DNA from: Verrucomicrobiota bacterium
GTDB lineage: Bacteria > Verrucomicrobiota > Verrucomicrobiia > Chthoniobacterales > UBA6821
NCBI GenBank assembly: GCA_008932965.1
Contig: WBXG01000042.1
Span: 1-14,252 of the forward strand
Direction: 5' to 3'
Length of the DNA stretch: 14,252 nucleotides
Shown here: piece after piece, positions 1 to 5,515 of the stretch
How positions within the stretch are numbered: the stretch's first letter is position 1
Layout: each line of letters starts with the position of its first letter
Program-made: the position numbers and the translations under genes
Notes under the pieces: model-generated
Seen by the model: only the letters and a program-made list of their open reading frames with translations
Databases searched by the model: none
Told to the model about the DNA's origin: nothing

Positions 1-789
1 AGTTGTTCGTAAAGAGATTTCTCCGCTAAGATGAGCTTGTATTTCACGTAATCCAAGAGCCATGGAGGCTGTTTTGCTTATGGATTGAGAGTCCAGTGCT
101 GCAACTTCATCAACAACACCATGAAGGAACATATTTTTAACATTCAATTCTAGGCGCTTGTAGAGTTCTTCTCGTTCACGGAAGAGAAAAAAACCAAAGG
201 AGGGAGGAAGGGGTTCTCTTTTTTTCCTCCATACCTCATGGAGTGGGGATCCAGATTGAATTACAATTTCAAGCGCCCGTTCGATACGACGCCGGTTTTT
301 AATATCAATCAAGTCACTGGCAGTGGGATCGAGTTCTTTTAAGCGAGCTATTAATGCTTCCTGTGAAAGAAGAGCAAAGGAGGCTCTGAGTGTTTCATTC
401 CCTTTTGGGAGAATATCTAGAGGAGAGATCAGAGAGCGAATATAAAGCCCTGTCCCACCCGTAATCATCGGAAAACGATTTCGGGTTTCTATTTTGTGAA
501 TGGCTTGAAGTGCCATCTCACGATAGAGAGCAGCATCACATAGTTCTGTGATAGGAAGTATTCCAATAAGATGGTGATCAACGCCTCTTTGCTCTTCCTG
601 GCTTGGCTGTGAGGAGAGAATCGGCAGATCACGATAAATCTGGAAAGCATCTGCTCCAACGATTTCACCACCGATCTGGAGGGACAGTAAGGTTGCAAAC
701 GCAGACTTACCAACTCCAGTCGGTCCGGTGATATATATCGGTGTCAGTTTATTGAGTTTCTTCAGAAAGGTTTTCTGGACGACCTTCAT
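1..789 (-). CDS. miaA: tRNA dimethylallyltransferase (MiaA); N-terminal ~263 codons, C-terminus runs off the left window edge
   Basis: Absent from the ORF track because it is open at the edge. My minus-strand translation from ATG 789-787 gives MKVVQKTFLKKLNKLTPIYITGPTGVGKSAFATLLSLQIGGEIVGADAFQIYRDLPILSSQPSQEEQRGVDHHLIG...ITGGTGLYIRSL...NRRRIERALEIV. It has the P-loop GPTGVGKS and GGTGLY and RRxxRALE-type motifs typical of MiaA. The frame is open to nt 1 (789 nt = 263 codons). The start overlaps the 3' end of the upstream RRM gene by 41 nt. Confidence 0.85.
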   Translation of the reverse strand, partial: MKVVQKTFLKKLNKLTPIYITGPTGVGKSAFATLLSLQIGGEIVGADAFQIYRDLPILSSQPSQEEQRGVDHHLIGILPITELCDAALYREMALQAIHKIETRNRFPMITGGTGLYIRSLISPLDILPKGNETLRASFALLSQEALIARLKELDPTASDLIDIKNRRRIERALEIVIQSGSPLHEVWRKKREPLPPSFGFFLFREREELYKRLELNVKNMFLHGVVDEVAALDSQSISKTASMALGLREIQAHLSGEISLRTT

Positions 790-1330
790 TGCGTGATTCC
801 ATCCGATTTTCAGGAAGTGCCTTTGCACCACTAACAACAAGCTTACGTCCCATGTATTCTTTATCATGAAGCTCCGTAACAGCACGCTTCGCCTCTTCAA
901 GAAGAGTCATTTGGACAAATCCAAAGCCTTTAGAGCGATGTGTGTCTCGATTGGAAACTAACTCTACATTTTGAACCTGACCAATCCCGCTAAAAAGTTC
1001 AAAAAGATCGCTCTCGGTTGCATCAAAAGATAGATTGCCAATATAGAGGCGTGGGCTTGATACCTCGACAAACTCGGGTTTGCGAGGGGTACGAGGTGTT
1101 CTTTCTTTTGTGGAACGGCTTGTTTTGGTAGCAACTGTTTTTTTAGTAAGCCTTTTGTGAGAACTGCCAATTCCCAAAAATTCTAAAACTTTGCTAAAAA
1201 AGGAAGTTTTAGTGGGTTTATCAGATTGCATGTGAGTAGAACGCTGTGGTTTTTTTGATGGTCCAGCGGGACGGCGGCTGCCATTGCGAGGACGTTGACT
1301 GCGGCGTGAAGATGAATAGGAAGCTGGCAT
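749..1330 (-). CDS. RRM-type RNA-binding protein with a long basic low-complexity N-terminal region
   Basis: ORF 749..1405. C-terminal RRM with RNP-2 LYIGNL and RNP-1 KGFGFVQM. The preceding ~95 aa are rich in R/S/T/K/P (SSSRRSQRPRNGSRRPAGPSKKPQRS...). I place the start at ATG 1330-1328 (MPASYSS...). The 25 extra ORF-track residues (MNVVHDNCFYLLQSLPYFPYSTYLL) look non-coding, and the conserved motif at 1366-1384 falls inside them. Confidence 0.8.
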   Translation of the reverse strand: MPASYSSSRRSQRPRNGSRRPAGPSKKPQRSTHMQSDKPTKTSFFSKVLEFLGIGSSHKRLTKKTVATKTSRSTKERTPRTPRKPEFVEVSSPRLYIGNLSFDATESDLFELFSGIGQVQNVELVSNRDTHRSKGFGFVQMTLLEEAKRAVTELHDKEYMGRKLVVSGAKALPENRMESRNEGRPENLSEETQ

Positions 1331-1365
1331 AAGTAGGTAAGTTGAATACGGGAAATAGGGTAATG

Positions 1366-1384
1366 ATTGCAGAAGATAAAAACA
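1366..1384 (-). promoter_or_regulatory. Conserved 19-nt upstream motif (minus strand TGTTTTTATCTTCTGCAAT), copy 1
   Basis: ATTGCAGAAGATAAAAACA at 1366-1384 matches ATTGTAGAAGATAAAAACA at 3776-3794 in 18 of 19 positions, with an exact 14-mer AGAAGATAAAAACA. It lies 40 nt upstream of the RRM ATG (1330). The other copy lies 39 nt upstream of the asnB ATG (3741). Confidence 0.3.
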
Positions 1385-1599
1385 GTTATCATGTACAACG
1401 TTCATAGAAGAACGAAGAAGGTGTCTTTATTTGAGTCATCCCAGTGAGGTTATGTGAATTTTCAGGTAATGTGTTCTAGCACTTTTTGTTTTATTATCCC
1501 TAAAATAATGAGGAAGTACCAAAAAACGTTATGGTCCATTCTACCTATTCAGGAAAAAAAAGTAGTAAGAAGATTGAAAAGGGAAATTGGGATCCCTGC

Positions 1600-1775
1600 T
1601 TTGAGCAAGAATTACCTGAATCTCCGTCGGCATGAGCAGACCCAACCCGGTTTTCTATCTACTATTTTCCTGTCCGTTCCTGCGAGCGGATGTGTTCGAT
1701 GTGCTGGGAGATTCTCTTGCAAGGAACCGGAGGTGATGCAGAGATCTATGATAAATCTTAGCATGAAAAACCAAC
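1600..1775 (+). repeat. Possible degenerate copy of the MITE-like element in the long non-coding spacer
   Basis: CGGCATGAGCAGACCC (1628-1643) resembles CGGCATGCGAGAGCC of copy D. ATGAT..AGCATGAAAAACC (1749-1772) resembles ATGATCAGCATGAAATATCC of copy B. The spacing between these blocks (about 140 nt) is similar to copy B (about 135 nt). The termini are badly eroded. Confidence 0.25.
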
Positions 1776-1869
1776 TCATTCATTGGAGAGGATCAGGTCC
1801 CATCAATAGAGACACCTGAAAAGGAAAAGTTATCATGGAGTAAAAAGGAATAAGAACAAAGCAAAATAT

Positions 1870-3741
1870 TTATATCTCCTTTAAAACCATCTCCTCATTT
1901 CCTCTTGCCAGTTTTTCTAGTGAAAACATAAGTACTATGAGCATCCAGGTTAGTTCATCAAGACGATGATCCTTCCGAGCCTGATTTAAAAAAACTGTCA
2001 GGCTTTTTGCTGAGAGCTGTCCCGAGGTCAATGAAGAGAGCGCGCGAGGGAGCTCATCGTAAATAGGAGCGAATGATTTTTGATGAAGCCATGCATGCAA
2101 CGGAGGATTAAACCCACGCTTGGGTCCAACTAATGCATGAATGCCAATTTGTTGTTGCAGGAATTGTTTTGGAGGTTGTGTAAAACGTTCTTGAAGTGGC
2201 ATCCCTAGAACAGCTTCAAAAAAACGATGGTCCAACATGGGACTTCGAAGCTCTAAGCCATGAGCCATGCCACAGAGATCTGATTTTTTTAAAATATATT
2301 CTGGTAGATAATTGAGGCGGTCACACTCAAGCATCCATGCCATTGGGGAAAGTGCTTTGCTAGGGCGCCTCCAATAACTCGTTTCTACTGAAATATCAGG
2401 TTGTAAAAAAGCTCGTGAAATTGGATCAAAGGCAGCAAAGCGTAACGCATAGGACTCTTCCCATCCCAGTTGATAACTCAGTAATGTTCTCTTGAGGCGT
2501 CCATAACGTGCGGTTTTAAGAGACAATGAAGAGGCATTCCAGGAGCGTTTTTTTCCATAGCGAGGAAGAAAAAAAGCCCCACGTTGATGCACGTGATAAC
2601 GTTTATAACCTGCAAAAAGCTCATCTCCACCATCACCAGAGAGTGCCACAACGATTTTTTTGACAGCAGCTTGGCATAAGTACCATGTAGGGATAGCTGA
2701 AGGGTCGGCAAAGGGTTCATCAAGGTCACCCACAATAGTGGCTAGATCTTCTACCTGCATTTTTATAGGAAGTGCCGTTTGTGAGAGACCTAATCGATGT
2801 GCAATTTCACCTGCTGCACCGGACTCATCATAGGAATTACTATTTGGAAAAGATGCGGTGAAGGTCGGAAGTTCAGGTAGCATTTTCCCGTGTGCAATGA
2901 GAGCTGCGATGGCTTGAGAGTCGATACCACCACTTAGAAAAAGGCCTAAAGGACGATCTGAGATAAGACGAAGGCGAATCGATTCCTTTAGGAGAGCTGC
3001 TGGATTGTCATGAGGGGAGGGTTGTGGTTTCCAGTATTCTTGTGGTTCCGCAGCAACAGGAATACCACTCTCTAGAGAAACAACCAGAGAGTGAGCTGCT
3101 GGTAATTTGCAAAAACCCTCTATGATGGAAAGGGGGGCGGGAATGTAGCGGTGTGTTAAAAATGCATCAATTGCATTGGGATTCCATGAGTGAGTCGTTC
3201 CCACAATTTTGGAAAGTGCACCTACAGTACTTGCAAAGGCAAAGAGATTATTTTTAACGGTATAAAAAAGAGGTTTTTCCCCAAGGCGATCACGCGCGAG
3301 GAAAAGACGTCGTTTTCGTAGATCTAGGATGGAAAAGGAGAACATGCCCCGAAGATGTTCTAATACAGCATCTCCCCATTCTTCATAGCCATGCAAAATA
3401 AACTCGGTATCAGAATGACTTTTAAAATGATGACCCTGGTGTCGCAAACCTTGGGCCTCCTCTTCCCATCCATAAATTTCACCATTATAAATAATCCAGA
3501 GAGAACCATCTTCATTACCCATCGGTTGTCCTGCGGCGGTCGAGAGATCACGAATGCTGAGGCGCCTATGAATCAAAGCAGCAGAACCAATAGCAGCGTG
3601 ACGCCATCCTTGTTCTGGAGAAAAAGAAAATTGTTCAGAGCCCCAGCTATCTGGCCCGCGCGCCTGAAGTGACGTTTGTGCTCCTTCAATTTGAGCAGGA
3701 GTCACCCATTTCTCAGAGATAATACCAGCAATACCACACAT
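1870..3741 (-). CDS. asnB: Asparagine synthase (glutamine-hydrolysing), AsnB family
   Basis: 623-aa ORF. N-terminal MCGIAG carries the Cys2 nucleophile of class II glutamine amidotransferases. The PP-loop LSGGIDSQ lies in the synthetase domain. Length is typical of AsnB. Confidence 0.9.
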   Translation of the reverse strand: MCGIAGIISEKWVTPAQIEGAQTSLQARGPDSWGSEQFSFSPEQGWRHAAIGSAALIHRRLSIRDLSTAAGQPMGNEDGSLWIIYNGEIYGWEEEAQGLRHQGHHFKSHSDTEFILHGYEEWGDAVLEHLRGMFSFSILDLRKRRLFLARDRLGEKPLFYTVKNNLFAFASTVGALSKIVGTTHSWNPNAIDAFLTHRYIPAPLSIIEGFCKLPAAHSLVVSLESGIPVAAEPQEYWKPQPSPHDNPAALLKESIRLRLISDRPLGLFLSGGIDSQAIAALIAHGKMLPELPTFTASFPNSNSYDESGAAGEIAHRLGLSQTALPIKMQVEDLATIVGDLDEPFADPSAIPTWYLCQAAVKKIVVALSGDGGDELFAGYKRYHVHQRGAFFLPRYGKKRSWNASSLSLKTARYGRLKRTLLSYQLGWEESYALRFAAFDPISRAFLQPDISVETSYWRRPSKALSPMAWMLECDRLNYLPEYILKKSDLCGMAHGLELRSPMLDHRFFEAVLGMPLQERFTQPPKQFLQQQIGIHALVGPKRGFNPPLHAWLHQKSFAPIYDELPRALSSLTSGQLSAKSLTVFLNQARKDHRLDELTWMLIVLMFSLEKLARGNEEMVLKEI

Positions 3742-3775
3742 TTAAAATAAGCTTGGAGATAGAAGCTGAAGGTAC

Positions 3776-3794
3776 ATTGTAGAAGATAAAAACA
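3776..3794 (-). promoter_or_regulatory. Conserved 19-nt upstream motif (minus strand TGTTTTTATCTTCTACAAT), copy 2
   Basis: See 1366-1384. This copy lies 39 nt upstream of the asnB ATG, inside the 175-bp asnB/queD divergent intergenic region. Confidence 0.3.
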
Positions 3795-3916
3795 ACATAT
3801 TAGTAGGATGGGAATCCTAAGAGAAATATCCCAAAAAGTGTATACTTGTTTTCAAGTAATTTTTTCATTTTGATTGTCGCTTTTAGTTTTCATCTTTAAT
3901 CTAGTGGGCTTTAACT

Positions 3917-4279
3917 ATGCAAGCTTGCCTTACGAAGACCTTCACGTTCGAAGCCGCTCAAACTATTCCTCACCTTGAGGCCACTCATAAATGCACACGT
4001 ATGCATGGCCATAGTTTTAAAATTGAGATTTCTGTCCAAGGTGAGGTTGATCCTCATATTGGTTGGGTTTATGATCATGCAAATATCTCCAAGGCGATGG
4101 CCCCTTTACTAGCATTAGTTGATCATTCCTACCTCAATGAGATTGAGGGCTTAGAAAATCCAACTATTGAAAATATGTGTGCTTGGTTTTGGAAGAAGCT
4201 CACTCCGTCACTTTCCGGTCTCTTTGAAATCGTTCTTCATGAGACTCCAACTGCACGGTGTAGTTATCGCGGAGAATAA
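3917..4279 (+). CDS. queD: 6-carboxy-5,6,7,8-tetrahydropterin synthase (QueD / PTPS family)
   Basis: 120-aa ORF with CTRMHGHSF (CxxxHGH zinc/catalytic motif) and HETPT near the C-terminus. Size and motifs are typical of QueD. Confidence 0.85.
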   Translation: MQACLTKTFTFEAAQTIPHLEATHKCTRMHGHSFKIEISVQGEVDPHIGWVYDHANISKAMAPLLALVDHSYLNEIEGLENPTIENMCAWFWKKLTPSLSGLFEIVLHETPTARCSYRGE

Positions 4280-4285
4280 GGTTAA

Positions 4286-4464
4286 CCCGCATATTTCACA
4301 CTAAATCTATTACGGCTTGTGGAAAGCTCATCATTACTGCGTTGGTCTCGAATTGTGATTTGGGCAGTATGAAACATACAGCCCGGCATCCCAATCCTTT
4401 GCCAGCCTTGTACTAATAAGCTTTGCGCGGCGCCTCATGACACTTCAGTATGAAATATCCGGGC
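4286..4464 (+). mobile_element. MITE-like palindromic element, copy A (best preserved, intergenic)
   Basis: Left end AACCCGCATATTTCACACTA (4285-4304) matches the reverse complement of the right end CAGTATGAAATATCCGGGCT (4446-4465) in 16 of 20 positions. A symmetric inner inverted pair is AAAGCT (4323-4328) / AGCTTT (4419-4424). TAA flanks both sides (4283-4285, 4465-4467). The right end shares an exact 16-mer ATGAAATATCCGGGCT (4450-4465) with copy B (6437-6452). Confidence 0.8.
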
Positions 4465-5510
4465 TAAGAACCCCTCTGTTGCTGCATCAAGAAGGCAATG
4501 TGCTGATCGCGCTGCTCAATATTTTGATGAAGTCCTGCTACAAATTGAAATTTTTCCATGATTGTTTTATTAAGATCAATAATGGTTTTAAGTTGATCTT
4601 TATTCGTTGTTTGAAGATTTTCATTGATCTCCATCAATTGATGAATGGATTGGTTGTTTTTTTCCTCTAATAACAGAAGTGATTTGACGAAGGAGAATTG
4701 GGTTTTCCATTTTGGGAGAGATTTTTCTAGCTCTTCAAAGCTAATACGATCTGTAGCAACCGCATGGAGTTTTTCATAAATCTCGAAGGCGAAAGTGTAG
4801 CAAGAACTATTTTTGAGGTGGCTCGCTTGTTCTTCATAAAAGTGACGTAATGAAGGATCGATGAAATCACAGCTGTAAGATCTCAATACTTTAGGAAGAA
4901 GCGGAAGCATGAATGACTCAGCAACGCGCTCCATTTGATACTTTGGATTTTTTATAAGTTCATCATAATCGACAACACTTCGCTTCGTGCCTTGAGTGTA
5001 TTCTATGCAGCTTAGAAGATACGATATCCAGACCCACAAAGATTTTTCATAGTGTTGATTTTTATAATATTCGTGGGAGGCAGGAACATTCGATGGATTT
5101 CGTAGAGCTATCACAAAAGAGACATCAACTTCACAGTGATTAAAAACATGCCTCCAAAAAGGAAGTAAAAGGGAAAAACGAGGGTCTTTGATACCAAGAA
5201 GATGATTTTCCGAAAGTTTGTTAGATAGTAATTCTGAGGCAACTGATAAGTAGCCGCACTGCAACAGGTGGGTTGCTTCCTCCTCATCAATAGAAAGAAT
5301 ACGCCTCAAACGATCCTCATAGAAATCAAGTATGAAGCCATTAAAGCCATGAAAATCGGCATCCTCCCAGAACCCTTTTTCATTAAAAATATTAGAAGGA
5401 ATGAAGGTGTTGCCTAGAGATACGCCCATTGTCTCAAGGCCTTTTGTAATAGCGCTTGTGCCACTGCGAGGCGGGCCGACAACAACAATAACTCGATCTT
5501 TTTTATTCAT
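4464..5510 (-). CDS. Sulfotransferase-family protein with C-terminal coiled coil, paralog 1
   Basis: ORF 4464..5534. I prefer the ATG at 5510 (MNKKDRVIVVVG), which matches the N-termini of the paralogs ([24 protein letters not shown]). GPPRSGTSA resembles a 5'-phosphosulfate-binding loop and ALRNPSNVPAS a 3'-phosphate-binding motif. Also present are NEKGFWED, KDPRFSLLLPFW and SLWVWISY. The last ~80 aa are heptad-like and rich in Q/E/K/L. Confidence 0.75.
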   Translation of the reverse strand: MNKKDRVIVVVGPPRSGTSAITKGLETMGVSLGNTFIPSNIFNEKGFWEDADFHGFNGFILDFYEDRLRRILSIDEEEATHLLQCGYLSVASELLSNKLSENHLLGIKDPRFSLLLPFWRHVFNHCEVDVSFVIALRNPSNVPASHEYYKNQHYEKSLWVWISYLLSCIEYTQGTKRSVVDYDELIKNPKYQMERVAESFMLPLLPKVLRSYSCDFIDPSLRHFYEEQASHLKNSSCYTFAFEIYEKLHAVATDRISFEELEKSLPKWKTQFSFVKSLLLLEEKNNQSIHQLMEINENLQTTNKDQLKTIIDLNKTIMEKFQFVAGLHQNIEQRDQHIAFLMQQQRGS

Positions 5511-5515
5511 TACAT

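Noticed and set aside
489-713. Short ORF-track entries nested in or antisense to large genes: 489..713, 964..1170, 1183..1398, 2478..2735, 3360..3551, 3391..3672, 6810..7001, 7679..7870, 8438..8629, 8869..9090, 10273..10470, 11483..11698, 11708..11896, 11891..12106, 12167..12355, 12452..12685, 13072..13254
   Set aside because: They are shadow ORFs in alternative frames of well-supported genes (miaA, RRM, asnB, sulfotransferases, fumC, permease, ACAD), with low-complexity or odd composition and no independent signals.
1454-1819. 121-aa plus-strand ORF in the long spacer
   Set aside because: It has no recognisable motifs, an implausible Cys/Arg-rich composition, no RBS, and it overlaps element-like fragments. 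It is most likely non-coding, but homology search could overturn this.
4450-4465. Resemblance of GAAATATCCGGGCT to the universally conserved RNase P RNA block GAAAGUCCGGGCU
   Set aside because: The motif occurs at least three times as the terminus of a repeat. None of the other RNase P conserved regions or helices is present around any copy.
4464-4466. Idea that the copy A insertion truncated paralog 1, whose tail after the QIAFL motif is ~15 aa shorter than in its paralogs
   Set aside because: Reconstructing the empty site (remove the element plus one TAA) gives ...GGT TCT TAA on the coding strand. A stop existed at the same codon before insertion, so the shorter tail is native.
4437-4670. 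ORF-track entries 4437..4670(+), 6283..6504(+) and 10620..10889(+), which share peptide fragments such as YEISGL / HEISGL
   Set aside because: They are read-through products of the repeat element on the plus strand. They overlap strong minus-strand genes or lie in intergenic element copies. Their shared peptides reflect repeated DNA, not a protein family.
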